NCBI GenBank assembly: GCA_038245785.1
Contig: JBBRSB010000007.1
Location: 32,001-96,000, forward strand
Direction of reading: 5' to 3'
DNA: 64,000 bases
DNA from: Gloeobacterales cyanobacterium
GTDB taxonomy: Bacteria > Cyanobacteriota > Cyanobacteriia > Gloeobacterales > PMM-0068
Part shown: piece after piece, positions 9,410 to 18,545 of the stretch
How the letters are laid out: the number at the start of each line of letters is the position of its first letter
Numbering within the stretch: position 1 is the first letter of the stretch
Program-made: the position numbers and the translations under genes
The notes under the pieces: generated by a model
The model's database searches: none
Seen by the model: the letters and a program-made list of their open reading frames with translations, nothing else
Told to the model about the DNA's origin: nothing

Positions 9410-10171
9410 TCAAGCAACTTCATGAGGAGCTTCCTCAAAGTCATCCTCATCCTGTGCATGAAACCGTTGTCCACTCACTTCCTGGGACTCATCCGATGCT
9501 AGATAGACGAAGATGTCTGTAACTTCTTTGGGGTCAGCCCATTGATTCGGGTCTTCCTCAGGTTCAGCCGCACGGTGCATGGCCGTATTCATATTTCCTG
9601 GGTCAACCCAATTAACACGAACCTTGCTGTCTATAAGTTCGGCGGCCCAAGTTTGGGACAGTCCTTCTAGACCAAATTTCGAGATGCCATAAGCACCCCA
9701 ACCGGGATATCCGGTCACGCCTGCATCACTGGTGACGTTGATAATTGAACCACCCTGTTCAATCATGGCAGGCAACGCTTTCTTAATCAGCAGAAAGGGT
9801 GCAATCAGGTTCGTATTAAGCACGTTGTGGAAATCTACGAGCGGATAGTCGAGCAAAAAGGGCATGGGAGAAGGACCAATCGCAGAAGCATTGTTCACTA
9901 AAATATCCAGCTTCCCCTGAAACTCATTAAGCGTAGTCGCAATGACGCGCTCAACATCACTGGGTTGGCTAAGATCCGCCGCGATGGCTAACACTTTTGT
10001 TTCAGGTGCAGCTTCCTGAATGAGCTGGCGAGCTTTCTCCAGCAACTCAGCCCCACGCGCGACAATGGCAAGGCCTGCTGCTCCTTCTTGGGCAAATGCG
10101 AGCGCAAGCTGCAATCCCAATCCCTGTGAAGCCCCTGTAATTAACCCATATTTTTCTTGCAGTCTACTCAT
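9410..10171 (-). CDS. SDR family NAD(P)-dependent oxidoreductase
   Basis: TGASQGLG, LVNNAS, YGISK catalytic motif. Start at 10171 preceded by AGGAG RBS. Confidence 0.92.
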   Translation of the reverse strand: MSRLQEKYGLITGASQGLGLQLALAFAQEGAAGLAIVARGAELLEKARQLIQEAAPETKVLAIAADLSQPSDVERVIATTLNEFQGKLDILVNNASAIGPSPMPFLLDYPLVDFHNVLNTNLIAPFLLIKKALPAMIEQGGSIINVTSDAGVTGYPGWGAYGISKFGLEGLSQTWAAELIDSKVRVNWVDPGNMNTAMHRAAEPEEDPNQWADPKEVTDIFVYLASDESQEVSGQRFHAQDEDDFEEAPHEVA

Positions 10172-10547
10172 TGTTTGACTCCTAAGAACCCTGACCCTCT
10201 TGGCCAGCGGAGAACAGCTTATCTTTCTTATATCATAGTCATAATGAGCATGAGTTAGTGTCCACAAGATTTGAGCGCAAGTTGTGTCACTGCTTGAGAA
10301 GTCTTCCGCATTTCTCACTCATAAGACTTTTGAAGACTCGCTTGCCCCAGAGAATATGTCGAAATTTTCGCTTTTTTTTGACACATTCTACTGATATGTC
10401 GATACTGTCGACACCTTCTTGACATCCTCCCCATCGCATGGCTTGTGAGGATTCCTAAGCTTCAGCTCGAAAAGTGGATCTTTGCAAGCTGTTGTAGGTC
10501 ATGATTTATGCTGAAGATAGAATTTACTTTGCAATCGTTGTTTAACC

Positions 10548-10808
10548 GTGCGTCAATTTCTGAAGCCAATTAATCTGGAAATCTCTCCAGACTCTCTGAG
10601 CCAAGGCGAACAGGCAATCCGCCAAACGCTGGCTCTACAGCTCTATGCCCAGGATATTTTTACCTTTGGGCAAGCCCGACGATTAGCGGATTTGTCGGTG
10701 TGGGAATTCCAACAACTGCTGGCACAAAACAAAATCGAGCGTCATTACAAAGAAACAGACTTGGCCCAGGATGTGGATTCAATTGAGACAGGCACCTGGC
10801 AATCGTGA
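10548..10808 (+). CDS. UPF0175 family antitoxin
   Basis: LALQLYAQDIFTFGQARRLADLSVWEFQQLL. Overlaps the downstream PIN gene by 4 bp. Confidence 0.85.
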   Translation: MRQFLKPINLEISPDSLSQGEQAIRQTLALQLYAQDIFTFGQARRLADLSVWEFQQLLAQNKIERHYKETDLAQDVDSIETGTWQS

Positions 10809-11290
10809 CCGTCATCTGCAACGCTACACCTCTGATTAATTTCGCTGTCACTAATCGCCTAAATATTTTGCAAGAAACCTTCGGGCGAATCATCATCCCC
10901 CAGGCTGTTTATCATGAAACCACAGGGACTGGCTTTCCCGGTTCATCCTCTGTGAAGCAGGCGATCGCGGCAAAATGGTTAGAGGTTCGTCCAGTCTCGA
11001 TAGTAGGTGCCAATATTGCTCCAGAGCTGGATGACGGAGAGCGAGAAGCTGTCGCTCTTGCCCTCGAAACAGGCATTCAGCGTATTCTCCTGGATGAGCG
11101 TGAAGCCCGTCAGGTCGCTCAACAACTTGGCTTACAAGTTATGGGCACTTTGGGGATTCTTTTGCTTGCCAAAAACCGTCAGACGATTCCCCAGGTACGC
11201 CCATTACTGGATGCCATGATCAACACAGCCCAATACTGGGTCAGTGACACACTTTATCAGCAAGTTTTACGACAAGCTGGAGAGTTATAA
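10805..11290 (+). CDS. DUF3368 PIN-domain toxin
   Basis: VICNATPLI, LDDGEREAVALA, LLDEREAR, VMGTLGILL. Confidence 0.9.
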   Translation: MTVICNATPLINFAVTNRLNILQETFGRIIIPQAVYHETTGTGFPGSSSVKQAIAAKWLEVRPVSIVGANIAPELDDGEREAVALALETGIQRILLDEREARQVAQQLGLQVMGTLGILLLAKNRQTIPQVRPLLDAMINTAQYWVSDTLYQQVLRQAGEL

Positions 11291-11763
11291 GTTTGCCCAG
11301 CGACAGCGAGGGTGACCTCTACCAGCAATTCTTGTTTTGCCATGAGGGTATCAAGAAATGTCGGGGTACAGCACTAACTCTAGCCTGCGTCCTAATATTT
11401 TTGACCACTGCTCTCTCTTTAGAGAAAGAGCCTTAAATGTTGCACTTTATTTTTGAATCAGCGGAGAATAAAGTGCAAGTACTCATAGAAATAAGACAAT
11501 ACAAACCAATTCAAAGTATTTCTATGTACATGGAACTTCATCAACTCTTCATAAAAGAGGAGCATTCGTTTCCTCCTGTTTTCTCACATAAAATCTAATT
11601 TTTCGACGAACACAAGCAATATTTTAGGGATCGCAATAATCAGCTAAAGACTAACTAAGTTCACCGATAGATCTTACAATTGACATTCTCTTTTTCTACT
11701 CAGTATAATTACCCTTAGGTGTTTGCTTGCCACACAGCTAAAGTAAAACTCTTGTAAGACCAA

Positions 11764-11962
11764 GGAAATGTTAATGCAAGAATAGGTATGTTTGAGAATG
11801 CTTTGTCTCTTTGTGATTAAGGTATTGCTTTGAATGATAAGAATCCAGCACATTACAACAATCGTGCTGCTATCCTAAAGACACTGAGACAATTTCAGGA
11901 GGCTATTGAGCAATGTGAGGAGTGAGGAGATTATTCGAAAGTTTCCTGACTATGGGAAGGCC
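11764..11962 (+). pseudogene. TPR-repeat gene remnant
   Basis: Translates GNVNARIGMFENALSLCD*GIALNDKNPAHYNNRAAILKTLRQFQEAIEQCEE. A 7-bp duplication (TGAGGAG x2, 11916-11929) then shifts the frame before IIRKFPDYGKA. Confidence 0.7.
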
Positions 11963-12088
11963 ATTCTTTTTATGTATAAGTAGCCAAGCATTGAGGTTGG
12001 TCACTATAAAGGTTCTATTTCTACTTAAATTTATTTCGTTTAGCACAAAATGTTTAGCGATGCACAGTTTGCAACGGAAATACTGCTG

Positions 12089-14425
12089 ATGAAATCATTA
12101 TCTGGATTTATAGCGTATCCATCTCAGCCTATAGCCATTGGTTCAGTGATTTCACAAGCACTAAATTCACTAAAGCCTGACGCGGCAAAAATTCATCTCA
12201 CTTCTTGGCAAGAAAATGATATTGCAGGTCGTTTTCTAATTGATCCAATCCTTACCAACATCAGTATTTCTGATGTTTTAGTGGCTGATATTACACGCCT
12301 GAACTTCAATGTTATTTTTGAGATTGGATACGCCATTGGTCGTAAGAAACGGGTATATTTAGTCCGTAATGATGCGCTAACTGGCTCAGATACTCTGATC
12401 CGCGAAGTTGGTATATTTGATACGCTTGGATACAACCAGTATTCAAATTCTGATGAACTCGCAACTCTGTTACGAGCAATTGTGGATGTTAAACCACTAT
12501 CCTTTGATGCCAATCAAATTAACACGAGCGCTCCAGTCTATCTTGTTCTACCCCGGAAAAAGACGGATTTAGAAATTAGACTTGTATCCCGAATCAAGAA
12601 AGCACGCTTACAATTTCGCAGCTTTGATGCTGAGGAATTAGGTCGCCTCGCTGCAGGTGAAGCAATTGAGAATGTAGCAAAATCTCATGGCATAGTCCTT
12701 CCTCTTCTCTCAAAGGAACGAATAGATTTTGAAGTTCACAACTTCCGTGCGGCCTTTGTTGCTGGCTTAGCAATGGCACTTGATAAAATCTTACTACTTT
12801 TACAAGAAGGAGAAGATCCCGTTCCGCTGGATTACCGAGACCTTGTGAAGAGCTTTCGAGGCTTAGATCAAATTAATGTTTACATCGCTGACTTTGCTAC
12901 GGAAGTTGGTGCTCGCTTCCAATCCACTTCCTCTCCGATTGTTTCTGAACCTAAGACTTTCCTTGAGCGATTAAACTTAGGTGCATCCGCAGCCGAGAAT
13001 GAGTTACAGGATTTGGGTAATTACTACATAGAAACAGATGAATATAGACGTGCGTTAAGTGGAGAGGTGCGTGTAGTAACAGGACGTAAAGGAGCTGGGA
13101 AAACAGCATTATTTGCTCAAGTTCGTAATAAATTACGTCAAGATAGAAGTAGAGTTGTATTGGATTTAAAACCAGAAGGCTTTCAGTTACTTAAGTTTAG
13201 AGAAAAAGTACTTGATTACCTTGAAGAAGGTACCAAAGAACATACTATTACTGCATTTTGGGAGTACTTGCTATTATTGGAGATTTGCCATAAGCTCTTG
13301 CAAAAGGACGAAGAATTTCATTTGCGTGACAATCGGCTATATGAGCCATATCGCTTACTTGCGCAGGCATATAAAGAAGACGAATACGTATCAGAGGGTG
13401 ATTTCTCAGAACGTATGCTCAAGCTAACGCAGCGTATAGCTGATGACTTTGCTTCATCTCAAACTGATCGAGACGAACTTAAATATTTAAAAACTGGCCA
13501 GATTACAGAATTATTGTACAAACATAATCTGACTGCCCTACGTAAGCGTGTAATAGAGTACTTGAAATACAAAAAAGGATTATGGCTTCTCTTTGACAAC
13601 TTAGACAAAGGATGGCCAGCGCACGGAGTAACTCCAGAAGATGTTCTAACACTTCGATGTCTGATAGATGCAATGTCTAAGATTGAGAGAGAACTCCGTA
13701 AACATAACATTGACTGTCATGGCATCGTGTTCATTCGTAATGATGTATATGAGCTTTTGGTTGCGAATACTCCAGACAGAGGAAAGGTAGCCAGCATTAC
13801 ATTGGATTGGACTGATCCTGAGTTGATGAGGGAACTTTTGAGGCGTAGATTTCTTTACACCGACACAGGTATCGCTGATAACTCATCATTTGATGAGATT
13901 TGGCGACAAATTGCGACCACGCACATTCAAGGAGAAGAGACATCACATTACTTAATCGACCGAAGCCTTATGCGTCCTCGTGCCCTTATTGACTTAGTGC
14001 GCTTTTGTCGAAGCCATGCAGTAAACCTCAGACATGATCGTATCGAAGTTGCAGACATAGAACACGGAGAAGAAGCGTACTCAAATGAATTATTAAGCAA
14101 CATAGATTTTGAAATACAAGATGTTGAACCCTCAGCTGCGGGATTGCTGTATGAATTTATAGAATCCAATGAAGTACTTTCAGGAACCGATATTTACAAT
14201 ATTTTATCAAAAGCTGTTGGTGAAAACAAAGCAGGTCTAATGCTTTCACTCCTCCTATGGTATGGCTTTTTCGGTGTAATGCGTGAGGACGGAGAAACAA
14301 CATACATCTATTCGGTAAAATATGATATTAAGCGGCTTGAAGCAATGCTCAAAAAGCGTGGACTCGAGAATGCTTCATTCAAGATAAATCCTGCATTTTG
14401 GCGTGCCCTTGAAATACGAAACTGA
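12089..14425 (+). CDS. Tandem NDT/TIR-like domains fused to Sll1717/FunZ-like P-loop ATPase (candidate defence protein)
   Basis: DVLVADITRLNFNVIFEIGYAIG N-domain, Walker A VTGRKGAGKT, Walker B LWLLFDNLDKGW, RPRALIDL. Start could be 12050 or 12089. Confidence 0.75.
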   Translation: MKSLSGFIAYPSQPIAIGSVISQALNSLKPDAAKIHLTSWQENDIAGRFLIDPILTNISISDVLVADITRLNFNVIFEIGYAIGRKKRVYLVRNDALTGSDTLIREVGIFDTLGYNQYSNSDELATLLRAIVDVKPLSFDANQINTSAPVYLVLPRKKTDLEIRLVSRIKKARLQFRSFDAEELGRLAAGEAIENVAKSHGIVLPLLSKERIDFEVHNFRAAFVAGLAMALDKILLLLQEGEDPVPLDYRDLVKSFRGLDQINVYIADFATEVGARFQSTSSPIVSEPKTFLERLNLGASAAENELQDLGNYYIETDEYRRALSGEVRVVTGRKGAGKTALFAQVRNKLRQDRSRVVLDLKPEGFQLLKFREKVLDYLEEGTKEHTITAFWEYLLLLEICHKLLQKDEEFHLRDNRLYEPYRLLAQAYKEDEYVSEGDFSERMLKLTQRIADDFASSQTDRDELKYLKTGQITELLYKHNLTALRKRVIEYLKYKKGLWLLFDNLDKGWPAHGVTPEDVLTLRCLIDAMSKIERELRKHNIDCHGIVFIRNDVYELLVANTPDRGKVASITLDWTDPELMRELLRRRFLYTDTGIADNSSFDEIWRQIATTHIQGEETSHYLIDRSLMRPRALIDLVRFCRSHAVNLRHDRIEVADIEHGEEAYSNELLSNIDFEIQDVEPSAAGLLYEFIESNEVLSGTDIYNILSKAVGENKAGLMLSLLLWYGFFGVMREDGETTYIYSVKYDIKRLEAMLKKRGLENASFKINPAFWRALEIRN

Positions 14426-14699
14426 TGCCTTTCAGGGCTTTAAAATGCTAAGCGAACATATTATAGAGTGTCAATCTATATTGATATTTCTGAAGTGCTT
14501 ACCAGGGTTACCACCCTTTACTGTCAGTCATGAACAGGCGGTAGCAGCATTGAATCCCTGAGGTTGATGTCGAGAAAGTTTCTATATAATACGTATTTAG
14601 TCTGCAAGTATTGTTGGTGAAGGTGATATGTTGCTAAGTCTTCAGCATAGTTGACTATGTTAGAATTAGCATCATTTCTAGCAATATATAGAGATAGGT

Positions 14700-15563
14700 A
14701 TGCAACTAAAAAAGTCAAAATCTCAGATTGAACGTGAGTTGATAGATTTCATGAATTACGGATACAGCATTCTCACTACCATACAGTCAGAGTTTATAAG
14801 AAAAAAATGGAAGGGAATATTTTCATTTGAAGATGACCAAAGGCAATGTAATACCGTAGACCAGTGGACAGCAGATGCCATATCATTTATTTCTTCTGTA
14901 TTTCCTACTTACTTTGAAATTAAAGACTTCGAAATCTCGATGCATCCGGAGCCAAATAGTCTCTCTTTGCTCTCTTCTAATCATGCTCTTAGAAATTTAT
15001 TAAAGCATAGAATTAGACTACTTGATCAGGTTGTCAGGAATAATATAAATAGATATGATGATGCAAGAAAACTTAGAATTTTTATAGATGAGATTTATAG
15101 CTTCAAAGACGTAGAAAAAGTAATACCAGGAATGGTAATAGATTTACTTGACGATGGCTTGCTGAATCAGTCGGAAGATTTTATTCAAATTAGCCTGGAA
15201 GAAATTCTTACTGTTCCATTTCATAAAAAGGATTGGGGTGGAGAAGTAAATGATTTATATACAGCAAATATCATCATTACAGGGGTTAGAGTAGCAACTG
15301 CATTTCTTCTAAAAGGTAATGGACTTAAAAAGAAAATTCTCGAAGTAAGAGATTGCGGTAAGAACGGGAATCAAATTATAAGACTGTGTGATTCACCTGC
15401 CCAACTTTTTATCATTCAGTTTGTAGGTGAAATATCTGAGTACGTGGTGCGAGATATTGAAGGGAAAGTTAATGAACTACAACTACAAGGTAAGATAGCG
15501 CAATACTGCATAATGGATGGACAGGATACAGCACGTATACTACGGGCATATGGCAAGCTGTAG
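14700..15563 (+). CDS. Hypothetical protein with C-terminal restriction-endonuclease-like domain
   Basis: KKDWGGEVNDLYT...AFLLKG...GKNGNQIIRL...CIMDGQDTARIL resembles a PD-(D/E)xK fold. AT-rich gene. Confidence 0.55.
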   Translation: MQLKKSKSQIERELIDFMNYGYSILTTIQSEFIRKKWKGIFSFEDDQRQCNTVDQWTADAISFISSVFPTYFEIKDFEISMHPEPNSLSLLSSNHALRNLLKHRIRLLDQVVRNNINRYDDARKLRIFIDEIYSFKDVEKVIPGMVIDLLDDGLLNQSEDFIQISLEEILTVPFHKKDWGGEVNDLYTANIIITGVRVATAFLLKGNGLKKKILEVRDCGKNGNQIIRLCDSPAQLFIIQFVGEISEYVVRDIEGKVNELQLQGKIAQYCIMDGQDTARILRAYGKL

Positions 15564-15649
15564 TAAGCTTGTGGTTCTCGAAGATCGAAACTGGTGAAGA
15601 TACATCAGATATGATCAAGACAGTACGAAAAGCTACGCAAGACAGCAGC

Positions 15650-15928
15650 ATGAACATCAGTCTAAATCTGCCTTCAGAATTGGAAGATGAGCTATCCACT
15701 GAAGCATCCAAACTCAAATTGCCCTTGGATGAATGCATTTTACGTATTCTTTCTTTACGTCCTTTCCCTCAAAATCCGCCCAAAACAGGTGCAGAACTGG
15801 TTGCCTATTGGGAAAGTGCTGGGGTCATCAACTCACGTCCTGATATCACGGACAGCCAGGAATACGCTCGTAGATTGCGTCATGAAGCTAAAACTCGTGA
15901 GCGGGTAAAATCCGCCAGATGGCTTTAG
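15650..15928 (+). CDS. Orphan antitoxin-like small protein (RHH-like N-terminus)
   Basis: MNISLNLPSELEDELSTEASKLKLPLDECILRIL...DSQEYARRLR. No toxin follows. Confidence 0.6.
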   Translation: MNISLNLPSELEDELSTEASKLKLPLDECILRILSLRPFPQNPPKTGAELVAYWESAGVINSRPDITDSQEYARRLRHEAKTRERVKSARWL

Positions 15929-15973
15929 GTAAGAATTACTTTAAAGATTGGCAGTCAGTTGACTGAATTTGTT

Positions 15974-16198
15974 ATGGCATCTACATCCCGTATTGTTCAT
16001 AGCGACCCCGATATTCTGGGAGGAACTCCTGTTTTTGTTGGAACGCGCGTACCCATGAGAACCCTGCTTGACTATCTTGAAGCGGGTGATTCATTGGAGG
16101 TGTTTCTAGACCATTTCCCTAGTGTTAGTCGTGAACAGGCGATTGCGGCTCTTGAACTAGCAAAAGAAATGCTGACGGCCTATGCGAATCCTGCTTGA
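15974..16198 (+). CDS. DUF433 antitoxin
   Basis: DPDILGGTPVFVGTRVPM...FLDHFPSVSREQAIAAL. Confidence 0.9.
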   Translation: MASTSRIVHSDPDILGGTPVFVGTRVPMRTLLDYLEAGDSLEVFLDHFPSVSREQAIAALELAKEMLTAYANPA

Positions 16199-16241
16199 TG
16201 AATGTGCCCCACGACCTTTCAGCCTGTCTGAATTAGAATAG
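16182..16241 (+). pseudogene. Truncated DUF5615 PIN-like toxin (first ~12 codons only)
   Basis: MRILLDECAPRP overlaps the DUF433 end, as in intact DUF433/DUF5615 pairs, then stops after 19 aa. Confidence 0.75.
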
Positions 16242-16267
16242 CCATAGCAGGTTCGCCGGAGAGCAAA

Positions 16268-16495
16268 ATGGATACATCGATTCTTGACAAAGTGGTTGAG
16301 CAGTTACGCGGGATGCCGCAGAATTTACAGAAACAAGTCCTAGAATTTGCTAAAACTTTGACCGATTCAACCGTTCAAGGGGTTCCTGGTTCTCAACTTC
16401 TACGGTTTGCAGGCACAATCCAACCCGACGATCTTGTGTCGATGAGTGAAGCGATTGAGCAAGGCTGCGAACAGGTCGATACTAATGAGTGGTAG
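16268..16495 (+). CDS. VapB-like antitoxin (DUF2281-like)
   Basis: LRGMPQNLQKQVLEFAKTL...LLRFAGTI. Overlaps the vapC start. Confidence 0.75.
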   Translation: MDTSILDKVVEQLRGMPQNLQKQVLEFAKTLTDSTVQGVPGSQLLRFAGTIQPDDLVSMSEAIEQGCEQVDTNEW

Positions 16496-16874
16496 CTACT
16501 TATTGGACACGAACATCATCATTGCGCTATTTGCAAGTGAGGCGGCAGTTAGAAGCAGTTTTGCACAAGCAGAGGCAGTGTTTGTTCCAAGCATTGTGGT
16601 GGGTGAGTTGTGTTACGGTGCGAGAAAATCAGCACGAACAACTGAGAATTTAGAACGGATTGAAGAGTTGGTCGTTGAGAGCGCTGTGCTGGTTTGTGAT
16701 ACAGAGACAGCACAGCGTTATGGAGAAGTCAAAAATAAACTGCGCCTCAAGGGGAGACCGCTCCCAGAAAACGATATTTGGATTGCTGCGCTTGCTCTTC
16801 AATATAATCTAACGTTAGTGACACGCGATGCTCATTTTCAAGAGATTGAGAATTTGCAAACCATTGCTTGGTAG
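16485..16874 (+). CDS. vapC: VapC family PIN toxin
   Basis: YLLDTNIII, VGELCYGA, ENDIWIAALA, LVTRDAHF. Start moved to ATG 16485. Confidence 0.9.
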   Translation: MSGSYLLDTNIIIALFASEAAVRSSFAQAEAVFVPSIVVGELCYGARKSARTTENLERIEELVVESAVLVCDTETAQRYGEVKNKLRLKGRPLPENDIWIAALALQYNLTLVTRDAHFQEIENLQTIAW

Positions 16875-16897
16875 ATGACAGTGGTCGAACAAATCGT

Positions 16898-16955
16898 TGG
16901 AGCAGCTAGCAAACTTGCGCGTCTCGTTACAAGCACGTCAAAATTTGAATAAGGA
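16898..16955 (+). repeat. 58-bp direct repeat, copy 1
   Basis: Matches 19506-19563 with 6 mismatches by manual alignment. Confidence 0.9.
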
Positions 16956-17030
16956 GAGTTGACGGTAGATTTTGCGCACAACTGAGAATAATTGGTTGCG
17001 AATATAGCGTTTATTAACCATACTGAGGAC

Positions 17031-17528
17031 ATGAGCACGATTACAGATACCCATTTCAACCCATCTGAGCTGTCCGAAGAGGAGAAACAACGGCTTCAGA
17101 AAGTACTGGAGACTGAAGTCCGCCCCATACTCTTGAGCATGGATGGCGATCATGCTATCGAGTTACCGAAGCCCGTAAATGACCTATTTATCGAAATCCT
17201 ACAGGCGATCCGACGAAACGAAGCTGTATTTCTTGTACACGAAGACGAGGCGTTCACCACCCAGGCGGCAGCGGACTATCTAGGCGTTTCGCGGCAGTTC
17301 TTCGTCCGCCTCTTGGAAACTGGAAAGCTCCCTTTCCACCGCGTTGGTACTCATCGCCGGGTGCTCTTCAAAGATTTGGTCGCTTATCGCCAAACCCGGA
17401 GCCGCGAACGACTGGCCAAGCTCGACGAAATGACGGCGGAGCTGGTGGAAGCTGACCTTGATGCCCAATATGTAGATCTCACGCGCCCCGACCCGAAAAG
17501 CTACTCGGCCAGAGAGGAGGTTTTATGA
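17031..17528 (+). CDS. Excisionase-like HTH DNA-binding protein (antitoxin-type)
   Basis: FTTQAAADYLGVSRQFFVRLLETGKLPFHRVGTHRRV. Confidence 0.85.
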   Translation: MSTITDTHFNPSELSEEEKQRLQKVLETEVRPILLSMDGDHAIELPKPVNDLFIEILQAIRRNEAVFLVHEDEAFTTQAAADYLGVSRQFFVRLLETGKLPFHRVGTHRRVLFKDLVAYRQTRSRERLAKLDEMTAELVEADLDAQYVDLTRPDPKSYSAREEVL

Positions 17529-17541
17529 AGAAGGAAGTTGA
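17494..17541 (+). pseudogene. 3' remnant of a BrnT-family toxin
   Basis: An alternative frame reads RKATRPERRFYEEGS*, the typical BrnT C-terminus, overlapping the start of the following antitoxin. Confidence 0.7.
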
Positions 17542-17758
17542 GCATGAGATGGAAGACGAACTTCGTTCTGAGTATGATTTTGCTCAAATGGGGAAGGGTA
17601 TTAAGGGTAAGTATGTTGAGCGATACCGTTCAGGAACAAATTTAGTGCTTTTAGATCCCGATGTTGCTCAAGCTTTTCCCAATGATATGGCAGTGAATGA
17701 AGCACTAAGAATGTTAATCCAGATTGCCCAGCGCCAGCAGCCCAAAAATACACTCTAA
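17525..17758 (+). CDS. BrnA-like antitoxin (orphan)
   Basis: DELRSEYDF...GKYVERY...LDPDVAQAFP...VNEALRMLI. Confidence 0.75.
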   Translation: MKKEVEHEMEDELRSEYDFAQMGKGIKGKYVERYRSGTNLVLLDPDVAQAFPNDMAVNEALRMLIQIAQRQQPKNTL

Positions 17759-17822
17759 ACCTGACCATCTCGGTATCGAGTAAGCTGTACGTATGAACTT
17801 CTGAAATCTAGAGGCGCATGAT

Positions 17823-18038
17823 ATGACACTAGCTGAGGTGCTTCCTTCGGCGCGACAACTCTCCGCAACAGAAAAACTCAAGCTGATTCGGATTCTGATA
17901 GAAGATTTGGATATAACTGAGGATATTTCACCGTTAGAACCCTTCAAGACCTATGACCTACCGACTCCCTACGATAGTTTTGGGGCGGGTGCAGTTCTCG
18001 TGGAGACCCTCAAGTCACCAGATGCAGGCCACCAGTAA
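17823..18038 (+). CDS. Small antitoxin-like hypothetical protein
   Basis: LSATEKLKLIRILIEDL helix. Ends 3 bp before the aspartyl protease pseudogene. Confidence 0.6.
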   Translation: MTLAEVLPSARQLSATEKLKLIRILIEDLDITEDISPLEPFKTYDLPTPYDSFGAGAVLVETLKSPDAGHQ

Positions 18039-18041
18039 CGT

Positions 18042-18446
18042 ATGCGATTTAAGTATTCAACCACTCGTCCAACCCAAAACGAGTTTGATAGCCTGCCAAG
18101 ACTTCCACTTACATTGCAGCAAGACAATCGCAGCATTGAAACGATTGGTTTAGTGGATAGCGGAGCTACAGTTAACGTCTTGCCTTACGAACTAGGTCTG
18201 CAATTAGGTGCTGTTTAGGATGATCGCAAAGCCATTATTCGATTAGCGGGTAATCTCGGTAATCAGCCAGCGATGCCTTTTTCCGCAACCGCTCAAATTG
18301 GGAATTTTACACCAACCAAATTGGTGTTTGCCTGGGTGAGCAGTCCGAATGTACCCTTAATTCTTGGTCAAACTAACTTTTTCCTTGAGTTTGATATTTG
18401 TTTTTACCGCTCTAAGTCTGAGTTTGAAATTAAACTGAAATCATAG
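18042..18446 (+). pseudogene. Retropepsin-like aspartyl protease with one in-frame stop
   Basis: GLVDSGATVNVLP and PLILGQTNFF motifs in one frame. TAG at 18216-18218 in LGAV*DD, probably from TGG. Confidence 0.85.
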
Positions 18447-18545
18447 CCAGCTAGCTATGCCAGTGAGGCTGTCATTAGTACGTGTCTAATACGATGACTC
18501 CGACACGCTGTGCTAGAGTTCAGAGCTAAAGCTCAAGAGATTACG

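Noticed and set aside
9253..9502. Short ORFs across the SDR/queA-like junction (also 31085-31294)
   Set aside because: They are translations of GC-rich palindromic repeats.
17031..17528. Prophage excisionase
   Set aside because: No integrase or phage genes are present. This HTH type is typically the partner of PIN toxins.
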